Shown: positions 1 through 10,357, counted from the stretch's first letter. The stretch is DNA of 44,406 bases from Atribacteria bacterium SCGC AAA255-G05 (GCA_000405605.1 ASPA01000005.1:1-44406); one strand, 5' to 3'. Numbers and translations: made by a program. The notes: generated by a model from the letters alone, not told the origin.

Positions 1-255
1 ATGGGCAATTGTATTTTAAAAGATAAAGAACATCCCGGCTATGGTGACCAGCATCCCAGGTTTGGTATCAAGGGTGGGGAAAATGATGTCAAAGAACTCA
101 CCGAATACTTAAAAGTTTTATTAGATATTGGATTCTTAAATCCACAAAATCCGCCCATTGTAAGCTTTGAGGTAAAACCATTGGCTGATGAATCCTCTGA
201 GGTAGTTATAGCTAATGCTAAACGAGTATTAAGAGAAGCTTGGGTAAGGGTGTAA
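1..255 (+). CDS. C-terminal fragment of a probable xylose-isomerase-like TIM-barrel (sugar phosphate isomerase/epimerase) protein; 5' end outside window
   Basis: Frame is open from base 1 to TAA at 253-255. The tail ...IVSFEVKPLADESSEVVIANAKRVLREAWVRV resembles C-termini of this fold. A decayed paralogous tail sits at 41381-41495 (-). Only 84 aa are visible, so the family call is tentative. Confidence 0.4.
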   Translation: MGNCILKDKEHPGYGDQHPRFGIKGGENDVKELTEYLKVLLDIGFLNPQNPPIVSFEVKPLADESSEVVIANAKRVLREAWVRV

Positions 256-341
256 GAAGTTATATGTAAGAGAAAGCTGAAAAAAATTAAATATTTTCAC
301 AGAGAATTAGATTAAGTATAAAAAAGGAGGAATGAATAGAT

Positions 342-1031
342 ATGAAAAAGGACTTAAGTAATAAGACGCTAGGTATTATACATACGGCAGTATTTACTTC
401 ACAGATAGTACAAAAGTACATGGATGAAATTATCCCTGAAGTCAATGTTATGCACTTGGGTGATGATACGATGCAAAGAGATAATCTTATTGCAGGTGTT
501 GGGGTTATTCCAAAGGTGAACTATTTCAAGTTTGTTACCTATGCAAGGTTTCTTGAAGAAGCAGGAGTAGACCTTATTATGCTTGCATGTTCCACTTTCA
601 ACAGAGCTGTTGATTATGCGAGGCCTATGATTAATACAGCGATACTGCAGATAGATAGGCCCATGATGGATCTTGCAGTAGAGAAGGGTAAACGAATTGG
701 CTTGCTTGCTACCCTTCCGACTACTGTTCCATCATCTGAGCGACTCCTTAGCCAGGCAGCAGAAGACGCAAAAAAAGAAATTGAGATAAAGACTGTATTA
801 AGTAGCGAAGCATTTAAAGCGCTAAGAGCAGGTGATCCAGAAAAGCATAATGAGATACTTCTGGATGAGATAGATAAACTTTCAAGGGAAGTTGATGTTA
901 TAGTAATGGCACAGGTATCGATGTCTGTACTGGAACCTCTTTTGACCAATACACACGTGCCTGTTTACAACAGTGGACGGACTGGTTTCGCAAAAGCAAG
1001 AGAAATTTTGGAATCCCTAATAAAAGAGTAG
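342..1031 (+). CDS. Asp/Glu/hydantoin racemase family protein
   Basis: 229 aa. GIIHT start, LACSTFN cysteine motif and a second MAQVSMS half-site are typical of the two-lobed Asp/Glu racemase fold. AAGGAGG Shine-Dalgarno lies upstream. Confidence 0.7.
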   Translation: MKKDLSNKTLGIIHTAVFTSQIVQKYMDEIIPEVNVMHLGDDTMQRDNLIAGVGVIPKVNYFKFVTYARFLEEAGVDLIMLACSTFNRAVDYARPMINTAILQIDRPMMDLAVEKGKRIGLLATLPTTVPSSERLLSQAAEDAKKEIEIKTVLSSEAFKALRAGDPEKHNEILLDEIDKLSREVDVIVMAQVSMSVLEPLLTNTHVPVYNSGRTGFAKAREILESLIKE

Positions 1032-1474
1032 ATGTGAAGAATAGGGAATCAATATAACTATGGAACAGTCTAAAGAGAAAAAAGCAAGGAAAATAGGACT
1101 CAATAAGACTAGAAGACTTTTAGGCAAGTTAATAGATTACTATAATTACAGTGTCGTATCAGGAGTATTAAAGAACAAGGTTATACGATATCAGCAGAAG
1201 AGCATTTCTCAAGGAATTTGGTACATGAAATTGGAAAGTCTTAAGAGATAAGAGAGAGAAAATAATATAATTAATCGAAGGTAAGAAAAGGGGTGATGGA
1301 AAACACTTAACTTTTATTTGTGATTTTGTTAATGTGCTAACGCAAAATGTGATAAATAAAGAGATTATGAAATGTTATTCGTGACTATGGCTCGAAGTCA
1401 GGGTAGTTTTAGAAAATGTATAAGTTTGTGGATACCGAAAAATGTAAAAATAAAATTAAGTAAGGAGGTTTGTT

Positions 1475-2482
1475 ATGAATATTAAAAAGTTTCGCTTCGT
1501 GATTTTTGTATTGGTTTTTTCTATTTTAACTGTCTTGTTATTTTCTCTAGGTATTAATGCGGAGGAACAATATGTGTTAAGACTTGCACATGATCAAACC
1601 AGTGGCCATCCATATGATTTAGGTGCTCAAAGGTTTGGAGAGGCAGTGGAAGCAAGGACCAATGGTGCAGTGACGATTAAAATTTATCCAGCTTCCCAGT
1701 TAGGCGATACGGCAGAACAAATTGAAGGACTAAAAATGGGAACCTTGGATCTATCTATAGCTGCTTTCTCTCATGTTTCACAGTTCGTCCCTGAATTGGG
1801 AATTTTTGGTGCTCCATATTTGTTTGAAAGTGATAAGCAATTTGCCAACGTCTTTGATGGCGAAGTTGGGCAGATTCTTGATGAGATTTCGCTAAAGAGA
1901 TATGATATTCGATTACTTACCACATATACCTCTGGAAATCGAGTTCTATTTAACAGTAAACGTTCTGTTTTCACTCCTAATGACTTAAGCGATTTAAAAA
2001 TTAGGGTAATGACGGGTCCAGCCGATGCGTTAACTTGGAAAACTTTTGGAGCCATAGCTACTCCCATGGCCTATTCTGAATTGTATTCAGCCATGCAAGC
2101 TGGTGTAGTGGATGGAGGAGAAAATGAGTGCGTCAGTGTTCTGAGAAATAAGTTTTATGAACCTTGCCCTTATATAGCCACAACTTACCATTTAGTGCTG
2201 CCAATGGGGGTATTTATAAGTAATAAGACATTTCAGGAGTTACCTGAAGAATATCGAAAAATAGTCCTTGAAGAAGCTCAAAAATCGGCGATTTGGGAAC
2301 GAGATTACATTACAAGGATGAATAACGAGGCTCTTGATGAGATGATTTCAAAATACGGCGTCAAAGCTAACTTGATTGATAAAGTTGCTTTTATGGAAAA
2401 AGGAAAACCTGTGCAAGAGATAGTGGCTAAAAATTTGGGTGTAATGGACTTGCTAGAAAAAATCCGAGCAGCAAAAAATTAA
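1475..2482 (+). CDS. dctP: TRAP transporter substrate-binding protein (DctP family)
   Basis: 335 aa with an N-terminal signal/anchor. DctP-type pattern (LRLAHDQTSGHPY, KIYPASQLG, EQIEGLKMGTLD). TAAGGAGG SD. Followed by DctQ and DctM genes. Confidence 0.9.
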   Translation: MNIKKFRFVIFVLVFSILTVLLFSLGINAEEQYVLRLAHDQTSGHPYDLGAQRFGEAVEARTNGAVTIKIYPASQLGDTAEQIEGLKMGTLDLSIAAFSHVSQFVPELGIFGAPYLFESDKQFANVFDGEVGQILDEISLKRYDIRLLTTYTSGNRVLFNSKRSVFTPNDLSDLKIRVMTGPADALTWKTFGAIATPMAYSELYSAMQAGVVDGGENECVSVLRNKFYEPCPYIATTYHLVLPMGVFISNKTFQELPEEYRKIVLEEAQKSAIWERDYITRMNNEALDEMISKYGVKANLIDKVAFMEKGKPVQEIVAKNLGVMDLLEKIRAAKN

Positions 2483-2646
2483 TTAGTTTTCTAAAAGTAC
2501 AAACTTAGGCATATAGGCTACCCTGGCCTTTAAGTATTTGGAAAAGCCGTCGAAAATGGTGAGGAAATTTCAACAAAGAATATACTGGTTACTGGTAGAA
2601 ATAGATAACTAAGTATAATTCTATTTGATTTAGGAAGAAAAGAAAT

Positions 2647-3156
2647 ATGAAAAAATTTGTTAATTTGCTAGAAAAAATCCAGACTTTTTGGGGAGTACTT
2701 TTATTTGTGGTTTTAGGCATAGTTGTTTTTATTCAAATTTTAAGTAGATTTATCTTTCATAATCCCGTTATATGGTCTGAAGAAGTAGCAAGATTTTTAC
2801 TATTTTGGATGGTCATGATGGGAGCCAGTATTAGTGTTAAAAAGGAAACCCATTTCACTGTCGAGTTTATTATGCCGGAAAAAATAAAAAATCAAGCTTT
2901 GCGAAAAATATTTCGACTAATTCCAAATTTATGTATACTGCTATGTGGAGTGGTAATAACAATTTTTGGTTACGAATACTTTAAAATGGGAAGATTAAGG
3001 ATAGGACCAGGTTCAAATATTAACATGCAATACGTCTTTGTAGCAATACCAATAGCTGGTGTAAGCATGTTTATTTATAGTTTTTACCATATATACCATA
3101 TATTAAATATTAAATCTCTTAAAGAACAAAGAACGGGTAACCCGACAAAAAAATGA
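2647..3156 (+). CDS. dctQ: TRAP transporter small permease (DctQ family)
   Basis: 169 aa, four predicted TM segments, WSEEVARFLLFWM motif. Its stop overlaps the dctM start (ATGA). Confidence 0.85.
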   Translation: MKKFVNLLEKIQTFWGVLLFVVLGIVVFIQILSRFIFHNPVIWSEEVARFLLFWMVMMGASISVKKETHFTVEFIMPEKIKNQALRKIFRLIPNLCILLCGVVITIFGYEYFKMGRLRIGPGSNINMQYVFVAIPIAGVSMFIYSFYHIYHILNIKSLKEQRTGNPTKK

Positions 3157-4463
3157 ATGGAGGTAATATTATTTTAATTATCCTATTTGGATCCTTTATT
3201 TTTCTATTCCTTTTACGAGTCCCGGTGAGTTTTTCACTATTTCTTTCAGCGTTCCTTTCCATTTTGATAGAAGGGAATGTTCCTCTCTCTATTGTTGTAC
3301 AGAGAATTTGGGTTGGTTTGAATAGCTTTCCATTGCTTGCAGTACCGTTTTTACTCCTCGCCGGACAATTATTAAACGAGACGGTTATTAGGGACTACTT
3401 GTTTAATTTTTCCAATAGTCTTGTGGGGCATATTAAAGGCGGGTTAGCTCATAGTAATATTATAATAAGTATGATAATGGCTGGAATGTCTGGTGTTTCC
3501 TCGGCTGATACCGCAGGAGTAGGGTCGGTTTTAATTCCAGCCATGATCAAAGAAGGATATGGGAAGGGTTTTACTGTTGGAGTAACCGCTGCTTCTTCAA
3601 CTCTTGGGAATATTATACCACCAAGTTTAATGATGATTGTTTATGCGGCTTGTTCTAATCTTTCGGTTGGAGGCTTATTTTTGACTGGAATTATCCCGGG
3701 ATTAATGATTGGTGTTGGGCAAATGGCTTATTCTTATTACTATGCTGTTAAACATGGGATTGTTGATGTCCATAAATTCTCATGGCAAACTCTGTTTAAA
3801 AATACAAAGGTTACTATCCCTTCGCTAGGAGTACCAGTAATTATTATCGGTGGAATTACTTTAGGTGTATTTACAGCCACAGAAGCATCCCTGATAGCTG
3901 TTGTGTACATTTTTTTCCTCTCATTTTTTTACCGGGAATTTTCTTTTACTAAGTTTTATAGAGTAATAAAATTTTGCGTTGAATTTTCTTCTCTTTCTCT
4001 TTTTTGCATAGCTACTGCCTCACTATGGGGGTGGGTTCTAGCTTACTACAGTATTCCGCAAGCAATCGTTTCCTATTTTGATACTATGGGGTTACTGAAT
4101 TCTCAGCTGTTAATCTTTAGTTTTGTGATCTTGCTTTTCTTGGCCATGGGAACTTTTATGGATGCTCTTCCTGCGATAGTTATCATGTATCCGATAATTG
4201 GTGAACTTACTTTAAGAGTAGGAATTAATCCATATCACATGGGGATAGTGATTGTTTTGACTTTAGCTATAGGACTTGTAACCCCTCCTTATGGATTGTG
4301 TCTGATGATTGCTTCTCGTCTGGCTGGAATATCAGTTCCTGAAGCACTAAAGTCTATAGTACCATTCTTAATTATCTCCCTGATTGTCGTATTGATTGTG
4401 GTTTTCTTTCCCAACATTATATTGTTTATTCCCAGACTCGTAATGCCAAGATTTATACGCTAA
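3153..4463 (+). CDS. dctM: TRAP transporter large permease (DctM family)
   Basis: 436 aa polytopic protein. LLAVPFLLLAGQLLN and SGVSSADTAGVGSVLIPAM motifs are typical of DctM. Confidence 0.9.
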   Translation: MNGGNIILIILFGSFIFLFLLRVPVSFSLFLSAFLSILIEGNVPLSIVVQRIWVGLNSFPLLAVPFLLLAGQLLNETVIRDYLFNFSNSLVGHIKGGLAHSNIIISMIMAGMSGVSSADTAGVGSVLIPAMIKEGYGKGFTVGVTAASSTLGNIIPPSLMMIVYAACSNLSVGGLFLTGIIPGLMIGVGQMAYSYYYAVKHGIVDVHKFSWQTLFKNTKVTIPSLGVPVIIIGGITLGVFTATEASLIAVVYIFFLSFFYREFSFTKFYRVIKFCVEFSSLSLFCIATASLWGWVLAYYSIPQAIVSYFDTMGLLNSQLLIFSFVILLFLAMGTFMDALPAIVIMYPIIGELTLRVGINPYHMGIVIVLTLAIGLVTPPYGLCLMIASRLAGISVPEALKSIVPFLIISLIVVLIVVFFPNIILFIPRLVMPRFIR

Positions 4464-4704
4464 TGTATTTGAAGATGGTTTATTGATAAGAATGAGAAGA
4501 AATATATTAAAAAATACAGTTAGTTCAAAATTGAAATAGCTTTGTCTTTTTTTATATTATTTTTAAATAACGACCTCAATACTTATAAATAAAATTAACA
4601 TAGTAGAAAATGTGTATATGCAAAAGATGGAAGAGATCCTTGCAGCTAAGGATTCTTCTGAAACTATAAAATATTTATACTTTTTAGTTAGAAAGGATTA
4701 AAGA

Positions 4705-5538
4705 ATGAACAAAGAAATAGTACTTCCTTATGGAGATAAGAAAATTTATATAAAGTTACCAGAGGGAAATCTTTCCTGGGTAGTTACCCCAAAAGAAGCA
4801 GTACATATAGAAAATGAAGCAGAAGAGATACGCAGAGCGATTCGTAGTCCTATAGGAACCTCGCCTCTTCCTGAACTTGTCAAACAAAAGGGCAAAAATG
4901 TAGTGTTATTAGTAGATGATAACACTAGAAACACCCCTCAAAAGAGGATATTACCCATTTTATTGGAAGAATTAAATAAGGCAGGGGTAAATGATAATAA
5001 CATCACTGCCCTTATTGCTTTGGGGACACATCGAGCAATGGAGAATTGGGAGATTAGAGAAAGATTTGGAAATGAGATAGTAAATCGTATTCGGTTTGTA
5101 AATCATGACTGGCAAAATATTGAGAATTTAGTAAAAATTAAAAGTAGCGAAGTTCCTTATCCGGTTTGTGTCAATCATTTGTATTATGAGGCTAATATTA
5201 GTATTGGCATAGGTAATATAATTCCACATATGTATACAGGTTGGTCTGGTGGATCAAAAATAGTGCAACCAGGTGTTTGTGGGGAAGAGACTACTGGAGA
5301 AACACACCTTAGAGCAGGGGAGAACGTATATAATATTATAGGAAATTTAGATAATATAGTGCGAAAACAGATGAATGTCATCGCTCGGGCTTCTGAACTT
5401 ACTATGATAGTTAATACTGTATTAAATAAGCGAGGCGAGATAGTAAAAGTAGTAGCTGGGGATTTTGAATTGGCCCATAAAGAGGGAGTTAAATTTGCAT
5501 GGGTCCATTCCTTCTGCGGTTACTTGTACAGGGTTTAA
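4705..5538 (+). pseudogene. LarA-like (nickel-pincer lactate/2-hydroxyacid racemase family) gene, N-terminal about 265 codons only; truncated at nt 5499
   Basis: Lar_N/DUF2088 pattern: DDNTRNTP, ALGTHR, IPHMYTGWSGGSKIVQPG. Family similarity stops after ...ELAHKEGVKFA (nt 5499). The last 12 codons are antisense of the neighbouring gene. The missing C-terminus is found at 43739-44224 on the - strand. Confidence 0.8.
5318..5499 (+). repeat. Left copy of a perfect inverted repeat (partner 44225-44406)
   Basis: Checked base by base: 5318-5499 equals the reverse complement of 44225-44406 (182/182). The outer limit is set by the window end, so the repeat may be longer. Confidence 0.95.
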
Positions 5539-6387
5539 TGCATCAACACCAATTTCAATAAAGTCATCAATTATACTAGAAACATTACCACATGAATGAA
5601 ATAATACTTTAGCGTTACTTTTCTCCTTAACCAGATTAAAGAGTTTTTGATACCTAGGTTTAACTAGTTTTCGATAATAAATAGGTGAAAACATCATTCC
5701 TTTCTGACTAGCAAAATCATCTGCAAAAGCAACAATATCAACATCACTATTTACAGCTTTAAGCGCTGTTTCAGTAGAATCCATATAAAACTTTAAAAGC
5801 CTATCAAGAAGTTCTGCTATAAGGCTTTCCCTATCAACTAAATCAATCATCCATTGCTCAAATCCTCTTAAAAACTGACTCATTGTAGTTATTCCGCCAA
5901 AGATATATAATATTATAGCATAATCAGTTTCTTTCCTTAATTTGATGGCCTTGGAAGATATTTCTTCAACCCTACCTAGATCTTTACCATCAGGCCAGTT
6001 GTAATTATCCATAACTTTAAAACTAAAATCATTTTCGAAGGGGCTTGATATTATGTCCATATAACCATTTTCTGATATTTTCCTCTTAATACCCCATTCA
6101 TCAATATGATAACCCTCATCAGTTATCACATCAAGCCAGCCTTCTGGACCTTTGTTGATTAAACCTCTTGTATCAACATTAAATACTTTTAATATTTTTT
6201 CATCTACTTCTGCACATTGGAATACCAAATGAGATACTTTAGTTTTATTCTTTATGTTCAAATATTTCTTTAATCTTTCATAAGCCTTAACAGTAATAGT
6301 TGTAAATACAGTTGAGCCAAAATCAATAGGAACCCGATCTGGTTTATTATGATTTAAAACTGCTAGAACTCGTTGCCTAGGATTCAT
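5422..6387 (-). CDS. Uroporphyrinogen-decarboxylase (URO-D/MtaA-CmuA type) family methyltransferase, 3'-truncated at nt 5500
   Basis: URO-D family pattern: PDRVPIDFG, DDFASQKGMMFSP, FHSCGNVSSIIDDFIEIGVDALNPVQ. Similarity ends at ...AEGMDP (nt 5500). The last 25 codons are antisense of the larA repeat. About 60-70 family-typical C-terminal residues are absent. Confidence 0.8.
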   Translation of the reverse strand: MNPRQRVLAVLNHNKPDRVPIDFGSTVFTTITVKAYERLKKYLNIKNKTKVSHLVFQCAEVDEKILKVFNVDTRGLINKGPEGWLDVITDEGYHIDEWGIKRKISENGYMDIISSPFENDFSFKVMDNYNWPDGKDLGRVEEISSKAIKLRKETDYAIILYIFGGITTMSQFLRGFEQWMIDLVDRESLIAELLDRLLKFYMDSTETALKAVNSDVDIVAFADDFASQKGMMFSPIYYRKLVKPRYQKLFNLVKEKSNAKVLFHSCGNVSSIIDDFIEIGVDALNPVQVTAEGMDPCKFNSLFMGQFKIPSYYFYYLASLI

Positions 6388-6436
6388 TGAGATACTCCCC
6401 CTTTAAAATAATATATGACAATGCTGAAATGAATAA

Positions 6437-7711
6437 TTACATAAATTTATTTGGTATAAAAGTTATTAATGATGGGAAAAAAGTAACTAATAGTACAACT
6501 AATAACATGGCAAAAGCAAATACCCAGATTATATTTCCAACTTTTTTTAAAGGTAAATTATTTACTCCACAAGTTGTAAATAGTAAAATCCCAACAGGTG
6601 GTGTAATCCCTCCAATTGCCAGACATAATATTATAATAAGGGCAAAATGTAATGGTTCAAAACCAAACCTTGATGCAATTGGCACCAGTGCAGGCACTAA
6701 TATTATCATAGCTGCCAGACCCTCCAAAAACATGCCAACAATTAGAAACCCAAGTATTATTAATAAATAAATAATTGTCGGGTCACTTGAAATTAAAGTA
6801 AGATAATTTACTATTACTAAAGGAAATTGTTCAATAGCTAAAATCCAACCAAAAATAGAAGAAAATGCAATTATTAATAAAACTATAGATGAACGCAAAC
6901 CCGTTTCAAGTAATGCATCATAAATACCTTTAATAGTAATTTTTTTATACAAGACTCCCAGTATTAATGAATAGACGACAGCTATTGCACCTGCTTCTGT
7001 TGCAGTAAACATGCCCCCAACGATTCCAAATAATACTATGATTGGTGTAAATAAGGGTAATATTGCACCAACAAACGCCTGCTGTACTTCCTTTATAGAT
7101 TTTCTTTTTTTCTGTGGATAGTGTCTTTTTATAGTATAACACCAACAAACTATCATCTGGGATATACCAAAGAGAATACCAGGTATTATTCCAGCTAGAA
7201 ATAACCTTCCAATAGAAAGCCCGGTCATAGAACTATAAATAACCATAGTAATACTGGGAGGAATTATAGGCCCTATTGTCGCAGAAGCAGCTGTAACTGA
7301 TAATGAAATGTCTTCATCATACCCCTCATTAATCATAGCAGGAACTAGAATTCTGCCAATGCCTGCTGCATCTGCAGTTGAAGAACCTGATACCCCTGCA
7401 AAAAACATGCTTGCAAGTACATTCACATAACTTAATCCACCTGCTACATGACCTATTAATGCATTAGCGAGGTCTATTAAACGAGTGGTAATACCTGTAA
7501 CATTCATTATTTCACCTGTCAGAACAAACAAAGGAACAGCTAATAAAGGAAAAGAATCAAGAGCAATAATAATTCTCTGAGGAATAACAACTAGAGGCAC
7601 TATTCCTGAACTAAACAAGACTAAAAAAGAACTGATTCCCATTGCAAATGCAATGGGTGTTCCGATAACCATTAAAAACGCAAAGCTGATAAGTAAGGTG
7701 ATTAAACTCAT
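6437..7711 (-). CDS. dctM: TRAP transporter large permease (DctM family)
   Basis: 424 aa polytopic protein. LLAVPLFVLTGEIMN and AGVSGSSTADAAGIGRILVPAM motifs. Confidence 0.9.
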   Translation of the reverse strand: MSLITLLISFAFLMVIGTPIAFAMGISSFLVLFSSGIVPLVVIPQRIIIALDSFPLLAVPLFVLTGEIMNVTGITTRLIDLANALIGHVAGGLSYVNVLASMFFAGVSGSSTADAAGIGRILVPAMINEGYDEDISLSVTAASATIGPIIPPSITMVIYSSMTGLSIGRLFLAGIIPGILFGISQMIVCWCYTIKRHYPQKKRKSIKEVQQAFVGAILPLFTPIIVLFGIVGGMFTATEAGAIAVVYSLILGVLYKKITIKGIYDALLETGLRSSIVLLIIAFSSIFGWILAIEQFPLVIVNYLTLISSDPTIIYLLIILGFLIVGMFLEGLAAMIILVPALVPIASRFGFEPLHFALIIILCLAIGGITPPVGILLFTTCGVNNLPLKKVGNIIWVFAFAMLLVVLLVTFFPSLITFIPNKFM

Positions 7712-7769
7712 ATATCTCCCTTTTAATATCTTTACATTATTACTTACTTCATTAATCCTTAATCGCCTT

Positions 7770-8261
7770 CTATTTTATCAGGCTATAAGTCTTTAACATT
7801 TCTTTTAATATGATAATAATCCAAATAATAGAGCTGAAAGGAAGTGCCAAATATACAATAGACATTGGAAGATGTAAAGCAGGAGATTTTGTGGTTATAA
7901 CCTTGCCAACAAGTACCCAACCATAATATATTACAAATACTAAAAAAATAATCATAATACTATAAATAAAAAATTTTATTATTGCTCTAACCTTATCTGA
8001 TTGCTTATCCAATACTATCTCAATACCAATATGCAACCCTTCTTCCAATCCCCTTGCTGAAGCAATTAATATTCCCCATATAAACAGATATCTAGCCAAT
8101 TCTTCTGTCCACATCAAAGGTACATTTAAACAATATCTAAAAAAAACCTGCAAGATTGTAACCATAACAATACTACCAAACAAAAAAACAATTATGCTAT
8201 TTAAAACTTGTTTTAATCGTCTTTCGAAATTCCTCATGGTTTTTTCAACTCCTAATATCAT
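7770..8261 (-). CDS. dctQ: TRAP transporter small permease (DctQ family)
   Basis: 163 aa, four TM segments, WTEELARYLFIWG motif. Lies between the dctP and dctM genes. Confidence 0.85.
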   Translation of the reverse strand: MILGVEKTMRNFERRLKQVLNSIIVFLFGSIVMVTILQVFFRYCLNVPLMWTEELARYLFIWGILIASARGLEEGLHIGIEIVLDKQSDKVRAIIKFFIYSIMIIFLVFVIYYGWVLVGKVITTKSPALHLPMSIVYLALPFSSIIWIIIILKEMLKTYSLIK

Positions 8262-8340
8262 CCCTTACAAAGAAGTTAATTTTTTGGTATATACAAGAAT
8301 AATCGGGACGAGAATTAAGCTCGTCCCGATTATTAACTTT

Positions 8341-9351
8341 TTAATCCCTCAATAAATCAATTTTTTCTATTAATGTTTCTGCAAGCGGACTCTGTTCTTT
8401 AAACTGTTCCCAGACCGTCTCACAGGCTTTTCTCAGGGGGGTTACGTCTATTTCTATAATTTCACATCCCTGATCCTTTAATTCTTGAATTGCTTCTATA
8501 TTTTTTCTAATCACTTTATAGCGTTGCCAAGGTACTAACAAATCCATAGTTTCATGTAAGGCCTGTTTAACATCTTCTGGTAAACTTTGATAAAAAGCTT
8601 CATTAATTGTTGGACATTCAACTGTATTTATATGATTTGTTAATGTAACATATTTGCCCACTTCATACACTTTTGTACTTGTCATTCCCTCAGGAGAAGT
8701 CTCCAGTCCATCAACAAGCTTGGTCTGCATTGCTTGATAAACATCAGTCCAGGGAATAGGTGTTGGTGTTGCTCCTAAAGCCTTAAACATATTTATGTAA
8801 GTACTAACTTCCGGCGATCTAAATTTAACCCCTTTAAAATCTTCAATTTTTCTAATAGGTGTCTTACTAGTTATCATATCTCTAAAACCAATGTGGAACC
8901 ATCCTAAAATTCTCATGCCTTCCTGTTTTATAAGTAAATCATTTAACATTGAACCAACTTCTCCAGCTACAACTCTTTCAATATGATAATAATCATTAAA
9001 TATATATGGTAAATCCATAACACCAAATGCAGGGATTAAGTTTGAAAAATAGGGCGGATTTCCAAATGTCATATCTATAGTTCCTAGTTTTACCTGCTCA
9101 ATTAAATCACGTTGAGCACCTAACTGTCCACCGGGATAGAGTTTTACTTCAACTTTATCTCCTACCTTTTGTTCTAGAATCTCCTTAAACAACAACTGTG
9201 ATTCATAGTTTATAGTATCTAACGGATGAAAATCCGCATATTTAATTACAATTTTATCTTGAGCAAGAACACTTTGAGATACCAATACGGACAACATCAC
9301 CAAAATCAACATACATAACAAAATTTTATTCCTTGATAACAAATTATTCAT
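8341..9351 (-). CDS. dctP: TRAP transporter substrate-binding protein (DctP family)
   Basis: 336 aa with a signal peptide. KLYPGGQLGAQRDLIEQVKLGTIDM is a DctP-type pattern. Confidence 0.9.
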   Translation of the reverse strand: MNNLLSRNKILLCMLILVMLSVLVSQSVLAQDKIVIKYADFHPLDTINYESQLLFKEILEQKVGDKVEVKLYPGGQLGAQRDLIEQVKLGTIDMTFGNPPYFSNLIPAFGVMDLPYIFNDYYHIERVVAGEVGSMLNDLLIKQEGMRILGWFHIGFRDMITSKTPIRKIEDFKGVKFRSPEVSTYINMFKALGATPTPIPWTDVYQAMQTKLVDGLETSPEGMTSTKVYEVGKYVTLTNHINTVECPTINEAFYQSLPEDVKQALHETMDLLVPWQRYKVIRKNIEAIQELKDQGCEIIEIDVTPLRKACETVWEQFKEQSPLAETLIEKIDLLRD

Positions 9352-9468
9352 TTTTTTCTCCTTATAATTAATTTTTTATTCACCATTCATTATACTTTTA
9401 TCTATCACAATATTATTATTTCAAACTTTTACATCCCCCCCTTTCATTTTCAAGTTGCGGAGAGTCCT

Positions 9469-10357
9469 CTAAATATTATGCATCTTTCTAAAAACATTCA
9501 TTTCCCCTAAGTTCCGTAAGAATAGTGCGCCATAATTACTTCCCCCGCAATTTACCATGTTAATAACTCCCTTCCCCTGCCAGATCTGTTTACATATCCA
9601 GCGGAAGCTTTTATATTTATTTAGCTCTACCCAGTTATCCCTGACCTGTTGCTGTAGTTTAATGGCTTCAGTTATTTCATCTTTATTAAAGGCCTCTGTT
9701 CTACAGGCCAGTAATCCCGGATAAAGATTTGCTCCTCCACCGATTATCCCTGCACTACCACAGGCCAGTGAAGGTAGGTGAAGCATCTCCACACCATGAA
9801 AAATGCTGATCTTATCACCGAAGAGGGCACTTTATTCCAGCAAATACCTCCATATCCCTGGAACTATCTTTATAGCCAACAAACATCGGAAGCTATATTA
9901 ATATATTAATCAGTACAGCATCAGGATTTTGTTTAATAAATGGAGTCCTTTAAACCACAAATGATATGCCAATCTCTCCTATTTTACGAAAATACTCTAA
10001 AATTGCTTCAGGGCCTGCAGCTATATCGCCGGCACGACAACCTCTGCTCCATCTATTCCTGATCTTTTGCATATCGGGTCAACTTGAGAACCTCTTTACG
10101 GGCTATCCCCCCGTATTTACAAAGATTACTTTTCCATCTCGCTCCACCCTGGCCAATTCCTCGAAAAATCGCATCCTCTCCTCAACATTAAGGTGCGTAT
10201 ATTCCCCGGTTGCTCCAAGAGCAAACAGGCCATCTAGATAAGGGGATTACAGTATTTCCCGAGCTAGTTGCCCTATTCCTGCAAAATCCAGTCCATCTTC
10301 ATACATGGGGGCAAGTATAGGTGCCAGAATCCCTTTCAATTTAGGAAACCGCCTCAT
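9469..10357 (-). pseudogene. Decayed DapA/DHDPS-family (class I aldolase, N-acetylneuraminate-lyase-like) gene
   Basis: ATG at 10357-10355 overlaps the TGA of the upstream gene (ATGA). The frame reads MRRFPKLKGILAPILAPMYEDGLDFAGIGQLAREIL-TAA-SPYLDGLFALGATGEYTHLNVEERMRFFEE...YAKDQ. It then needs at least two frameshifts and crosses several more stops (..PEAILEYFRKIGEIGISFVV-stop.., ..VGYKDSSRDMEVF..). After that it reaches the open 107-aa tail GSAGIIGGGANLYPGLL... Confidence 0.8.

Noticed and set aside
614-949. Antisense ORFs inside well-supported genes. This one plus 1771-2067, 4746-4934, 5184-5381, 6387-6770, 6945-7148, 12546-12824, 15355-15696, 15805-16026, 16432-16875, 16885-17079, 17277-17477, 17999-18325, 18632-18985, 19305-19936, 19792-20282, 20389-20922, 21854-22168, 22594-22878, 25210-25713, 27666-28201, 33595-33837, 33869-34069, 35454-35753, 36329-36660, 38058-38550, 39638-39947, 40609-40815, 42347-42532, 42969-43151
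   Set aside because: Each overlaps a longer ORF with clear family similarity, on the other strand or in another frame. They lack RBS signals and have skewed composition.
1060-1251. 63-aa basic ORF in the racemase-dctP spacer
   Set aside because: Weak RBS, no recognisable family, Lys/Arg-rich composition as expected from AT-rich non-coding DNA. Not reported as a gene.
9966-10241. 91-aa + strand ORF
   Set aside because: It lies antisense within the decayed DapA-family pseudogene and has a low-complexity Pro/Ser/Leu composition. It is a shadow ORF.
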